NCBI GenBank assembly: GCA_002633005.1
Contig: NMRA01000097.1
Span: forward strand, 769,734 to 833,733
Direction: 5' to 3'
DNA: 64,000 nt
Source: Phoronis australis
Taxonomy: Eukaryota; Animalia; Phoronida
The notes below the pieces were generated by a model. That model searched no databases. It was given only the letters and a program-made list of their open reading frames with translations, and had not been told where the DNA came from. The position numbers and the translations under genes were made by a program. Below are positions 26,917 through 38,839 of the stretch, one piece after another; within the stretch, counting starts at the first letter, position 1; each line of letters starts with the position of its first letter.

Positions 26917-28549
26917 ATATGTGCACTGCAAGACCGAGGCTTCGCTCTCGTTTTACTGCCTTTGGTATACATGTAGTTATTCTGATGAAACAATGTTGGG
27001 GGACGGTGATAGGCCCCCCTCCAATATTCCGAGTATCAAAACTAAAATTGCAAATTGAACAGGTCGTCCCCCAACCATCAAATGCTTGCAACGCCTGTCA
27101 TGATGGTGTTGCACGTGTTTGAATTTGTTCGTGGGTTAAACTTCATTTGGGGTTCGGTAAAATTATTGACTATGATTAAAATTAACCAATGACGTATGGT
27201 CGGTACGGCATCATAGAGGTCAAAGGTAAATTGGAATAATTCAATAACTTCCTCAGCAACGGCAAACGATTACATTGCACACCGCAGTTTTCCCGAATTC
27301 CGATTAATCCAAACATCTCCCGCTCCGTTTGGTCAATAAATCTCACACACCCAGAAGATGTGGCGTAGATGTAATGGCCGATAATATTTGCTTCCGGTCT
27401 CTGTTTTAAGTTGAAATCGAGGCGCTGGTAAGGTATTCTTATCTGTTCGCTTTTTCAAAAAAAGAAAATCACCTGAAACGAACAAGGACGATGCGCGACA
27501 TGTTTTTTTACACATGGCGTCGCAAATTACCACGTTTCAAACACGGCCTACTCTCGCTTAAGTGCCTTTGCGCATCTTTTCAAAAAAGATAAGAGACATT
27601 GGTTGAAATTGATGCGGGCGAGCATATGGTCGGTGAGCGCACGTCTCAACATGAGATCACAACCAACAATGTTTTCAGTGCCTTGTCTGTATCACTCACT
27701 CATCGAAGTATTAGTTGAAGTGCACGAAAACAAATGTTCAACTACACAGCTACTCGTGTGCCCTATTGCTCGCGATTTGTTCATGCAGGATTTTCAAACC
27801 TGGAGTCGTTGTTGCGCGGCGTTCCCGTGCAAATATTTCTAATCATTTAATTGTTGTTGCTGAGTTGCATTACTGATTTGTAGGCTATTTTGATAATCAC
27901 ACTTTAATGGTAGACCTGCAGTACCACATGAATGGAATATAAAGTAAACGAGAGACGAAAGGATAATGACGACGATAATGGGATAATGCGATCTAATGGT
28001 AGTGATTTGGGGAAACTGGTTCTGCAGTATCATTTATCGCGTGATCGCGCTAAATGTATAGACATACATATAGGTTAAGCCACACACATAGGAATACTGC
28101 TGCGATATCCTTTCTCAAATCCATTTCACCCGGGAATGTTCGATCTCGACCGATATGTATCCCGTATATACGAACTCATTTGCATCGCGGCGATATTGTC
28201 GAGTGCTATGGCTTGTTCTTATACTACGTCGTATATACACTGTACCGTGTATGCTAAGGTACCCGCGCCGTTGAAGTGGCAAGCTTTTCTACAATTACGT
28301 CACGATGTTGAACTAGTTAAGATTTATGCTGTTATGAATTGATAAGAATTTTCAGTTTTTGAAATACACAAGTTAAAACAAGCACCGGGAAATAACGATG
28401 GGAACTGCGTTTGGTGAAGTAGCCCATTCGCGGCCAGGGCTTGAGTAAAAAAGGACTTGTGAGAGAAGGGGAAAGCAAGGAACGCTCCGAGCAGACGATT
28501 GTATAGGTAAAAAAGTATATGCTCGATATTAGGTCACAATTTACCATAT

Positions 28550-28750
28550 ATAAATACATATGTATGTATGTATATATGTACGTATGTATTTATGAACGTA
28601 CACACGTACGTAAGTTCACTGTATGCCATGTGGGTATGTGTGCAGTGTATGTACGCTTGTATGTATGTACGCCTTATGTCTGAATGTATGTATGTATGCA
28701 TGTATGTTTGTATGTATGTGAATGCATGTATGTACGAATATATGTATATG
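28550..28750 (+). repeat. Degenerate (TATG)n microsatellite upstream of the GPCR splice acceptor
   Basis: Runs of tatgtatg/tgta. Confidence 0.8.
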
Positions 28751-28858
28751 TCACCATCGTCACCGTCGTCATCGTGTCCTTCATTCTCACGAACAATTCT
28801 TGTGACGATCTGGATAATTCAAAACACGTTCTCTTTTTTCAGGTAATCACTTGCTACA

Positions 28859-30031
28859 ATGACGGACGTGCTCTTTAACAAATCGCTAGAGGCCGCTTAT
28901 GCAACTGTCAACGACACGTCTGACGGCAGGATACAGGACCCCATTGACTATGCCTGGGTGGAGAATGTGAAAACGCAATTCTACCTTCCTCTGGTTGTCA
29001 CCGAAGTTGTGACGGACACGTTGGGTGTTTTGGCAAACATTGTCGCAGTGATAACCTTGATAAGGTTGAAGCCGCTCAAAGCTTCATTCATATTCCTCAC
29101 TAGTTTGGCAGTGTCGGATTTCTTGTATCCGTTCGGTCGACTTGCCTACCTATTCCATATGAAATTCGGAGCCGCCATAGTCAATAATGACGTAGTCTTA
29201 TTCGTTGTGGGTAAACGGGTTATAGGGATTGTCGTCAACACCGCCTTAATTGCGACCCTTCTGGCGTCGTTCTGCATTACAATCGATAGATTAATAGCCG
29301 TCGTCAAACTTCAGTACCTGCAAATGGTCACGAAGAAGCGGGTCTCCATCGTAATCGCGGTCTGCTGGTGGATCGCTGTTCTCATTGGTTCATACCCATT
29401 AATAGCCACGTGCGCCCAAGGCTCGTGCATTCTTCAGAACCATTACTTCGAAAACCGAGGAAAGCTGGATGTTTTCGTCCTGGCGCTTGCTTTAATTTTG
29501 TGTGCTGTTTTAGTAGCTGTTTATATTTATATTTTTGTGCGGATCCGTAAACACAGACAGGCCATGCAGGTATCCAATGACGTCATCCATGAAATGCGGC
29601 GGGGTACAGTTACCGCCATACTAATTGTCGCTACGTATGTCGCTTGTGTCGTGCCGGGATCCGTGTACCTGTACGTGTGGAAACATCTACCTCCGGAAGT
29701 TCTCTATTCTAAGAAAAACTTCAAAACTCTGATGGCGATGCGCATTGTTTTGGTAAATGTCATTATGAGATTAAACTTTTTACTTGATCCCGTCATATAT
29801 TTGAGCAGAAATACAATAATCAGGGATGATTTGAGAAGGTCAAGGTTGCTTTCTTGGTCCAGGCGTAACCGTAGCTTTTCGTGGTCAAGGCAAAATGGCA
29901 GCAAAACGGAAACACCAAAAGTAAGCTCTACCGACGTCTATCGGTTGAAGAACAAGATTACGAAGCATGCACCAGCGACGTCCAAACTCTCGGACCTCGA
30001 GTATTCGAAAATCGACCAACTGGATGCATGA
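28859..30031 (+). CDS. Rhodopsin-like (class A) orphan G protein-coupled receptor, 390 aa, intronless CDS
   Basis: Seven hydrophobic segments with class A motifs: TM1 GVLAN, TM2 SLAVSD, TM3 IDRL, TM4 W, TM5 Y, TM6 YVACVVP and TM7 LDPVIY. N-terminal sequon NDT. A polypyrimidine/AG acceptor (ttctcttttttcag, ending 28842) just before the ATG implies a 5'-UTR intron. Confidence 0.93.
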   Translation: MTDVLFNKSLEAAYATVNDTSDGRIQDPIDYAWVENVKTQFYLPLVVTEVVTDTLGVLANIVAVITLIRLKPLKASFIFLTSLAVSDFLYPFGRLAYLFHMKFGAAIVNNDVVLFVVGKRVIGIVVNTALIATLLASFCITIDRLIAVVKLQYLQMVTKKRVSIVIAVCWWIAVLIGSYPLIATCAQGSCILQNHYFENRGKLDVFVLALALILCAVLVAVYIYIFVRIRKHRQAMQVSNDVIHEMRRGTVTAILIVATYVACVVPGSVYLYVWKHLPPEVLYSKKNFKTLMAMRIVLVNVIMRLNFLLDPVIYLSRNTIIRDDLRRSRLLSWSRRNRSFSWSRQNGSKTETPKVSSTDVYRLKNKITKHAPATSKLSDLEYSKIDQLDA

Positions 30032-31140
30032 ATTGTTGATTGCAACACTTAGTACGCGAAACCGGTGATATGAATCGATCAGCAGCAGCAGTCGAATAGG
30101 TCGGTCCCGGATAGAAATCTACTTTTTCCTGAAGGGAAAACGCGTTGTTACACTGGCCTAATTCTAGAAATGGCCGGGTGATTCAACCACTTGTGTTGAA
30201 AATATCGCATCCGCGGATGCTTCTCAAGTTTATCCAACTTTCTGCAGTCGAAGTTGTAGCCCACGGCCAGCAACATTTCGCTGATATTATAAGGTCGAAC
30301 ACAATTAATGCAATCTAAAACAAGGCACTAACAAATAGGCCTAACGTGAGAAATTCCAATGAAGCTACAACGTGGCTAGAGAACTGCTTGCCCTATGTTG
30401 TAATAGTTTGGGTAAATACCTCGAGGTTCTGTTGTAGATGTGTAACCCGGGGCCGTCCTGTTCACACAGTTGATGATAGAGGAACTTTAAACAGGCAGTC
30501 TCAACGTCTAATGGATTATTTTAAATTACTCTTTCAAACTGAAACTGTATGAGTAAGTCAACCGTTAATGATGAACGTTACATGTATGTATCGCTGTGAA
30601 ATGTAAACATTGATGAAAAGATTTTGTTTTTTATTTGGTGCCGACTCCCAACACTGAAGACACTCAGCGCATTTTTACGGATAGGCAAGAATTTCACGTT
30701 CCCACCAACTTCACGCAACCCTCTCCCTTAGACATCACGCTTAGTGCAGTGAAATGTGCTGTAGATTTGTGGTCTCAAGTAATCTATGACTACAACTCCA
30801 TCGTGGTTAGAACGGGATTTGTTCATATAGCATATAACTATTTAGTTCCTTCGATACATTAGCCGTCGTTAGTAGCATGTAAAAGCCCTTTTAAAACGCC
30901 TACAAAAGTACCGTGTTATTGGAAAAACCTTTACAAATGGACGACATTTTTGCAGAAGATTCCTAAAATGGACCCCTTAATGAATGGTGGTTGCGTTTTA
31001 CTATGCCGACTCCTTAAAAGGGTTCGTAACGAAGTGCCATTTTGAGAAAAGTGCCGACGCTCTTTTGGAAATTTGTATTGCCACCTGAAGCTTCTCATTG
31101 GGTTTGTGTTAAGACAAAGTTTCATAACGTCGGCAGCTAA

Positions 31141-31492
31141 AGGCTCGTACACACTGGCAAACTCTGCCTATCTCTTGTTTACAAACACTACCAAACTTTG
31201 AGTTTGGTGATGTTTTTCATAAGTTTGGCAACCAGTCCACATTTGGACGCTGTCAAACTTTCTTTTCCCTTGAACACCTACAATCACATGATTCCTCGTG
31301 CATGCTAATCGGCGATTGTTCACCAAACTCCACCAATCTGTGTTCAAGTCAATATGTATAGCCAAACTTGAGCAAACTAGTTTTGCCGAGTTTGGCAACC
31401 CGTCCACACAGGTAAACCTTTTTGCGAACTTGACCAAACTCGTCGTTTGGTCGGGTTTATAAATAGCCTAGTTTCCCAATGTGGGCCGGCCT
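31141..31492. mobile_element. PIF/Harbinger-like MITE
   Basis: aggctcgtacacactggcaaact / agtttcccaatgtgggccggcct inverted ends with TAA/TTA flanks; internal gtttggcaacc.gtccaca repeats. Confidence 0.55.
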
Positions 31493-31587
31493 TTAACTTA
31501 AACAACGTAAGTATGACGACCGTTCTGTTGGTGAGTGTGCAACTAAAACATTTTCACTGGCCTAGTGCACAAATATTGCACATAGGC

Positions 31588-31719
31588 CTACAACCTTCCA
31601 GACATGCAAACTAATCTCGAAAGAACCCCCAGTGTGGCTTTGTAGAACCTTTTCCGAAAGACTCTCCGTGGTGGGAGCTCTTTCGGATACCCTGGTAACG
31701 CAATTTCCAGCGGACTACC
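31588..31719 (-). CDS. Candidate terminal exon of the DUF4434-like gene
   Basis: Strong acceptor (ttacttttccag), phase 0 compatible, encodes GSPLEIALPGYPKE...GRL*. No recognisable homology, so tentative. Confidence 0.3.
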   Translation of the reverse strand, partial: GSPLEIALPGYPKELPPRRVFRKRFYKATLGVLSRLVCMSGRL

Positions 31720-31940
31720 CTGGAAAAGTAATGAAGTGTCTCCCGGGGCCAGCGTATGATAAACGTCTGACATTCGTCGGCATACGCTGAAACTCTTGGT
31801 TAATTTTGAGGCGTTTTTCTTTATTATAACTTTCATTACTTAAGCCGCTGTTCGTTCCCGTTCACGTAAAGTCATGATAGTGAATATATGTGCAAACTTT
31901 TCAACGACCATGCATGAGCATTTTAAGTGCAGGGAACTCA

Positions 31941-32557
31941 TAATGCAGCAGACTTTGGTTCGTACTGACACCAAATGGTGGCGAATGTTATGTTTACTCA
32001 AGTGGCAGAATGAACGTACTCAACGTAGGGCGTGTAATGTGACTATAATTGTACTCACCTCTCTGGTACTCGCTGTATAGTAGTCGCCATACGTCACGTG
32101 ACTGTCCACTTTCAACACCTTGGAGAGAGCGGGATCCACTTGATAGATCGGCTCGTCCCTTTGGAATGACCAATAGTCAGCAGCCTTCCCACTTCCGGTT
32201 CCGGTGTGCACGGCTACTACATCGGGGCCCCAAACGGACACACTGTNTAATGCAGCAGACTTTGGTTCGTAGCCTGCTAACACCAAATGGTGGCCGGAAT
32301 GTTACGTTTACTAAAGTGGCAGAATGAACGTTGGGCGTGTAATGTGACTACACTGTACATTGTACTCACCTCTCTGGTACTCGCTGTATAATAGTCGCCA
32401 TACGTCACGTGACTGTCCACTTTCAACACCTTGGAGAGAGCGGGATCCACCTGGTAGATCGACTCGTCCCTTTGGAATGACCAATAGTCAGCAGCCTTCC
32501 CACTTCCGGTTCCGGTGTGCACGGCTACTACATCTGGGCCCCAAACGGACACACTGT
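31941..32557 (+). repeat. Tandem near-duplicate (31941-32246 vs 32248-32557) joined by a single n
   Basis: Duplicates the 3' end of exon 3 and the donor site of the DUF4434-like gene, with SNPs and small indels. Confidence 0.9.
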
Positions 32558-33210
32558 TGTTAAGTAAGAACTCAAATCCTGCCACATGGTCACTGACTGA
32601 CGATAAAGAAGATTGTCGACGAAGATCGATTGTAGGAGCAAATACTATCCCCAGAACGAGGCCAGCACTGAACCATTCCAATTTCAGCAATTCGTTTAGT
32701 TTTGCGTAGAAGCAAGTCCAAGAGATAACGTGCAGGTCCGTGGCAATATCATGTTGTAGCTTTGTAAGGGGAACTTCGTCTGTTACATAGTATCCGACGA
32801 ATGGTGGGGTCATGTTATGGAAAGATTTGTATAGTTGTTTGTCCCTGAGCACTCTTCGCGTGTCATCACAGCTTTCGTCACCCGACATAATTCGAGATCT
32901 CATGTAAATTGGTAAACGTGATTTTTTGATATCCGACGAGGCAAGTTGCCCGTCTGGGCCATATTTGAATCTATGATTAGTTAAAACCAACAGCGAGAAA
33001 TAAAGGTATGCGTTTGTAAAATTCAACGCTGTGGCGTTTGTCATGTCATGTGGCAACGACGGAATGCCTGGGAATCCAAAATACGCGTAGAGATTTCGTT
33101 CTTTGGCGCTCTCTAATAAAAGTTCTTGCGGGTCCACGCCACCAAAACTTGTTAAAATGACAACTACAGATGTTCCTGGCTTGAAGGATGTTTTACACTC
33201 GTCGTCCATG
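32370..33210 (-). CDS. DUF4434-like gene exon 3
   Basis: tttcag|C ATG GAC...AGA GAG|gtgagt; 841 nt open, completing the GA+C codon from exon 2. Confidence 0.85.
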
Positions 33211-35434
33211 CTGAAATTTACAGGAAATATGCGCCAACAAATGTACTAATTGGATCGGCAGCAGACGACATTATAACCCAATTACGAAAGCTAAGAAGCA
33301 ATGAATTTACCTGTCTTCCGGTGTACCTTTACCCTACGACTCGAACATAATATCTGCGAAGGTGGCAACATGGCGATGAAGCACCAAAATAGGCATAATC
33401 CAAGAAGTTATTCTCTTTTTCACTCAGCGCATAAATACATGTATGTTGCGCTTACATTTGTGCCAGATGCTTTGAAACTTTTCTATAATTAAACAATCAT
33501 TAATTCCCGGAATTTTGTGAGAAACTCACGTCCAGCATCAAGTTATTCCATCGATGCAATATTTAGTTCCACGAACCACATAGGCAAGTAAACAACTTAT
33601 TATTTTGTTTTCAAAACCCGAAATGTGTAGGCGCTACAGGTATGGTTGAGCCTGCTGAAACCACAGGTTTTCTAGTGTGGAGAATTGATCGGAGCAAAGC
33701 TACTACTAGCGACAACCGGTGTAAAAGTACACAAGTCGCCTGCTACACACCGCTCGCAGGTCACAAAGCCAGGCCAAAAGGAGTAAAATCGCTCAACATT
33801 ATCACTTACTCTGACATTGATATCACCAAACGGAAGTAGACTCGGCCATTGGCAGCGGTGTATCTTTTATCAGTGAGCTCCGGACAAGCCATGACATTCA
33901 CTGGGTCGAAATTCTCGTAGTAATCGTAGGACATCCATCCAAAAATCTTCAGTCCCAATTTGCCGAGATCTCGTTCTGTTTCCGACACGCAGGAGGCATT
34001 TGTAGAAGTGTTTTTGCACATTGCAAAAGTTGGATCCGCCTGTAATGCAGTAGAAAATGCATCCAATGGCCCTGCCTCTACTGAGTTTCACTAAGAGATA
34101 CACGTAATATATGGATGTGTTGCAAATTCGAGTCATTTATGTATCGGACGATCAACCTACAGTTTTGATATTACATTAAGACGTAGTGAAAGAACTTTCA
34201 AGGGTCTATTTTCGACAAACAAAACGAAAGTTGTAGATAAAAAACACTTCAGAGACACTCTGATTTGCGACAATGTTGTGCTTAATTGCACCAGTTAAAA
34301 TTAATGTACATTTCGTTCACTGATGTCAACAATGCTGAAGTTTACTAATATGTAAATTTTAGACTGCATTATAGATACATTTCAGTTTGGTGCTTTTTAA
34401 AACAGATTGTCAGAAATGAATTTACAGATGTCACCGTTCGAGATTGGCTTTACATAGGACCTTATCGAAAAGTCCGTGTATTTAGCCAACTAACCAGGCA
34501 AAAATTATAGATTTTAACCCATTAAAAGTATTCACTGTATATATTTTCCGAAAAGTGAAAGCTTGTAACAGTCACGTGACCGTGTCTGTTATGTAAATTT
34601 ACAAAAAGTTCAAGGTTCATCCGTAGCAGATCAGCGATGTTCTCTGAAGTAAACGTCGTTAATTCTGGTTAACTTTGTCGGTTTAACGCTTCATTTTCGC
34701 CGGTTATGTACGTAAATACATGTACGTCGGTGTAGCTTTTGAAAAAATGAACTTCGCTAAAAGTCATGGGCGAGACTTTTTTTCTTCAACAGTGAGACGG
34801 GGGTTTCAAAATGAGTTGGTCACAAGTTACTCGTACAACCAACCATGCTATTTTTGGTGGAATACAATTTGTGTTCTTTGTGAAGTGAAAAAAGACATCA
34901 GTGTAGTGACCATAGTAGATTGAGTGAGTGCATAAGAATACACTTTTCATTGTTTACATTGAACTAATTTCAGCTACCCTGTGTTCTAGCTCGTGGATAT
35001 ACGGAGAAATGCACGTTAGGCATGCGTATCAATAATGTAGATATACATTAAAAACCTTGTGATAACAAATGAGCTCCGCTTGTCGAACACCCCTGCCGTC
35101 GCTGTGAACCTACGTACAAGTAGAGGGCCCGCTACATGTACCTATGACAACGAAATATGTGTTCATTGGAATTCAGTCACTGTACCTCTAATTCGTCTCG
35201 CTCCCTAATTTTGAGCGTTTCACCCTTCAGCATAATGCGTTGGCCTCCTATAGCTTTATATTGGTCGAGCACATCATCCCACTCGTGTTTCGTGAATCTC
35301 GGTTGGAACCACGACGCCTCCAAAGGGTACGAAGAGTTCAGTCCCAAACACACCGAAAACCCCGCCACGAGAAGTGTTACAAGAATACAGCTCATTACAG
35401 TTAGTTGTGTCGACATGGATCGAGCAGTACCCAA
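32370..35434 (-). CDS. Secreted DUF4434-like (putative glycoside-hydrolase TIM-barrel) protein; exons 35434-35186, 34039-33810 and 33210-32370, further 3' exon(s) uncertain
   Basis: Three ORF segments join in frame through GT-AG introns (249+230+841 = 1320 nt, 440 codons). There is a hydrophobic signal peptide (CILVTLLVAGFSVCLG), then YPLEASWFQPRF..EWDDVL..YKAIGG..IMLKG, AYFGFP, GYYVTDE and FAPTIDL. This motif order recalls DUF4434-type barrels. The gene model is solid; the family call is from memory only. Confidence 0.7.
33810..34039 (-). CDS. DUF4434-like gene exon 2
   Basis: ttacag|GCG GAT CCA...TCA GA|gtaagt; encodes ADPTFAMC...YFRLVISMS. Confidence 0.82.
35186..35434 (-). CDS. DUF4434-like gene exon 1 (signal peptide)
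   Basis: ATG at 35434 (alternative ATGs a few codons downstream); ends ...GAA TTA GAG|gtacag, phase 0. Confidence 0.8.
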
Positions 35435-35738
35435 TATTGGATCTAGTGATTAACCAGGGTAAAGTTAACCTATAACCTTTGACAGGGGACCCTGTCATGC
35501 ACGGGGTGACACAGAAGCCGGTCATTGATCGTTACTGTAACCTTTGAACCGTCGGTTTGCACGGCCATTACTGTCGAGGTCCTGGTCACTTTATCAGCGA
35601 GGCGGTTCTAAAGTAAAAATTATTGGGGACACAGACCAACAGGTGACTTCGCCAAAGCTTTGACCACCCCCGTCAGCCACCGGTCATCACCAATTTCGCA
35701 CAAACACCACCCCTGGGCCTGCTGCATATCCCAGGGAG

Positions 35739-35908
35739 CAGTAGGGCCTATCGTGCAGAGGATTTGTGATGCTCGGGGCGATTGTTACTGGATGTCCCCC
35801 TCTCTCTACTCAACTCCAATCAATTTAACCACAATTAGGCACCCCCACAGTGTGGATGCCCGGGGGCTTTGTCCGGTCGCCCCATCCCCCTCCCTTTGCG
35901 GGCTATTG
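35739..35908 (+). mobile_element. MITE family D, 5-bp TSD GGGAG
   Basis: cagtagggcc...gcgggctattg flanked by GGGAG (35734-35738 and 35909-35913). Confidence 0.6.
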
Positions 35909-36302
35909 GGGAGGCAACCTCCCGAAACTTGTGCTGCAAAATCTGCATGGTGACGACGCAGGGAGAAGTAACATCATCTCGAACTTGAGTAGACAGAACA
36001 CTGTCTCAGAAACTTCGGGTATAGCTTTGTCTGATTTGGAAAATAAAAATGGGAATAAGGGTCAAGATTCTCTTGATAAGCGCCCAGTTTGGAGAAAGTT
36101 TGATTTAAATAGAATCATGCTTTAAATGTACATTTTGAAAGGATGCGTTGAGAGACCTGTCGTACAAATCCTTTAAGGCAAATGAGTTTTCAATCTGGTG
36201 AATGCACCCTTAGGCCGGGGAGGAGGGCAAATCATAAATGAAGTGATGGAATTTCATTAGCCTACGTCAAAATTCATCGAACACCATTTTTTTAAACGGT
36301 TA

Positions 36303-36556
36303 TATGGCGCACCCGGGGGGGCTCGAAGGGCTCGAACGAGCCCCCTAGTTAGTGAATTGGGCAAAAAGGTCCGCCTCAGTGAAACAAAAAGTCCGAGTAG
36401 ACAAGGCAAAAGTCCACAAAATCACACGGGAAGTCGGCGCGGATGCACAATTCATGGGCCTGAACCACGACTAGTGGCCTCTTTGATTTCTTTCACTAAA
36501 AGGTCCGCTCACGGAAAAATTCGAGCCCCCTATACTTTAGGTTGGGTGCACGCATG
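36303..36556 (+). mobile_element. MITE family B (CATGCGCGCACCC-like ends), 5-bp TSD GGTTA
   Basis: tatggcgcaccc...ccccctatactttaggttgggtgcacgcatg flanked by GGTTA (36298-36302 and 36557-36561). Confidence 0.75.
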
Positions 36557-37021
36557 GGTTATATCAGAATGTCACAAAAGTGCACTATGTTGTTAGGTGG
36601 AGGATGATACAAATTTTCCCAAAGTACAGCCTGTATCCAAGTTCACTGATTTATCGGAGACAAATCGTAAGAGCACAAATATTACTTCCTGAACATATAT
36701 TTCTCGGTGCTGTGTTGGCATTATCTAGCTGGTCTCTGCAGACATGAATGATAGTGTGTACCAGATGGGTAAAGGATACCACGAAACATAAGTAAACATT
36801 AAAGAGATATTCTTGGCGAGAATAGAAACCTTGTAAAAATAGCAGAATGCCCAGAACACCAATAGTTGCGGAACCCTCCACTGCTGAGCCAAATCTGAGT
36901 TTTTAAGCGTATGTATAGTAAACAGCCTTGATTTCAGCGAATGTCTGGCAGACAACGGTGATCATAGGAGATTTGAAATAAAATCACAAAAACGACGGAT
37001 TTTGTTGGTTTATACCTTTGT

Positions 37022-37170
37022 CAGTGTTATAGTGGGGCGTAGGCGCACGTAGGCGCAGACAACCACCTTTTGGCATTTGAACGTAGCGCCTAAGTTACGT
37101 TCAGTGCTCGAGGTGATACGGTGGGCTTTGGGCGCCTATACTTAACCCAAATTTTGCCATTACAGCACTG
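37022..37170 (-). mobile_element. Second copy of the 25124 hAT-type MITE, inverted
   Basis: Reverse complement of 25124-25286 (ccaccttttggcatttgaacgtagcgcc, cgttcagtgctcgaggtgatacggt). Confidence 0.8.
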
Positions 37171-37344
37171 CCTTTTATTAATGCTAATAACTTCGAGTCA
37201 GAACTCTATCCCAACAAATTCAACACCGAGGTGATACGGTGGGCTTTGGGCGCCTATACTTAACCCAAATTTTACCATTACAGCACTGCCTTTTGTTAAT
37301 GCCAATAACTTCGAGTCAGAACTCTATCCCAACAAATTCAACAC
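37109..37344 (+). repeat. 118-bp tandem duplication spanning the MITE end and its flank
   Basis: 37109-37226 is repeated at 37227-37344 with a few substitutions. Confidence 0.85.
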
Positions 37345-38839
37345 TAATCTCCAAAATGTGTTTTTCGGCCGCAAAACCGATAATGTTCATTTGCGGAACC
37401 GAATGGATACGACTGAACTGCATACGATAGTGACATTGTCGGCGAGAAAAGCGATTTTCTGAAATCGGCCCCGGCGAGGATCCGAACGAGGACTGATGTT
37501 TCGCGATACACGACTTTGTACTAGGCCTATCACAAACAAGAAACCACTGTTACAAGAAAGTGTAACATTTAAGTGTGTTTCCCCCACATTCACCCTCGTA
37601 CGCGAAATATTAATAATCTCTGTGCTCGAAACGCGCCTTCAAACTGACTAACTGCATTGCCGCACGGCAAGCTTGGAGAAAATTTACAATTTTCATGTCT
37701 AAAATGAGCTCAGTGTGGAAATTAGATCCATGTCCCAGGTTACACAAGGACACGCAAATAAGGGCTGAGCAAAGAGGGGTAAGAGACAAGTTTGAACAAT
37801 ACTCGATTGTCTGCTCCAATAAAGTCCAATGGGCGTCCGGAGCCCAAACCTCAGACCTACACAGTCAATGTGATGGTCGGAATGGCCAACATTTTAAAGA
37901 TTGGACCGACCACTCCATCTTTATCAGTTGCACTAGTTGACCAAGATTTATTTTCATAGCAAAAACAAACTGCAAAAACAAAACAGCAGGTGTAATCGTG
38001 GCAAGGAAATATGAGACCAATGTGTAGGAGATAAACAGTCTCATTTGAGAATCAAGACACGAAATACCACTTAAAATCCAAAAAGGGCAATCTGGATACT
38101 GAGAACCAGTTTGATGCCTGCTCTTCAGTGCCGAGAAAACTCGGTATTCTCGAAACGCGAGTCTGCTGTGACTATTCACCTGAATGTACAGTGGGTCAGA
38201 TGAGTTTTAAAAACCGGAGGCAAAATGCTAAGTTCTATCAAAACGTAACTTTTGAGTTACCCCATTTAGTGTTATAAAATCGGCCCCAGGGCTCAGATTG
38301 GAAATGATAATCCCTCTTGATTTCTGGGTTTGGAAATAAGTTACACAATTAGCATTATTGTCGCTCGAGACCATACGCCGTGACACTAAAGCCAACTTGC
38401 AGAGCTTGGTCCCAAGAACATAATCGTTAACTGTCAGACAGTTCTTTCTGGGCCCAAAATCACTTCTGAGTACAAGTAGTAAGGAGCGATTAAGTGGGAT
38501 AATTTTTTTCTTTGACGGAACGCGGATTTAAAAGATTCCTGCACTAAGCAAAATGAAAATGTATACTAGGCTACTTTCGTCTATGAACTGCCTACAACCC
38601 AGATAGTTTCTTCGCGATTTCTGGGTTTGTCATATTATTTCCTTGTATGTTTCTGCATTCTTCAATAAACATACATCACCTTAAAAATGGTACTGGGTTC
38701 TTAAGAAAGCACTTTAGAGAATGATGTCATAGTTTCTTCACTGTATACTATATTCAAGGTCCGAACGTTTCGCTGCTTTGCTTAAAACTTCACCACTCCT
38801 AAACGGTGAACAAAGGCAGAGCGATCAAAACTTCTAAAG

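Noticed and set aside
28568-28878. ORFs rich in MYVC
   Set aside because: Translations of the (TATG)n microsatellite.
30385-30440. Minus-strand 'NLEVF' as the missing catalytic strand of the DUF4434-like protein
   Set aside because: The frame is closed by stops a few codons either side, with no suitable acceptor.
38764-38800. Possible Penelope-type hammerhead ribozyme on - (..gcgaaacgtt)
   Set aside because: The CUGANGA core is not intact and the stems are not convincing. Similar partial cores near 24729 and 56485 also lack stem II.
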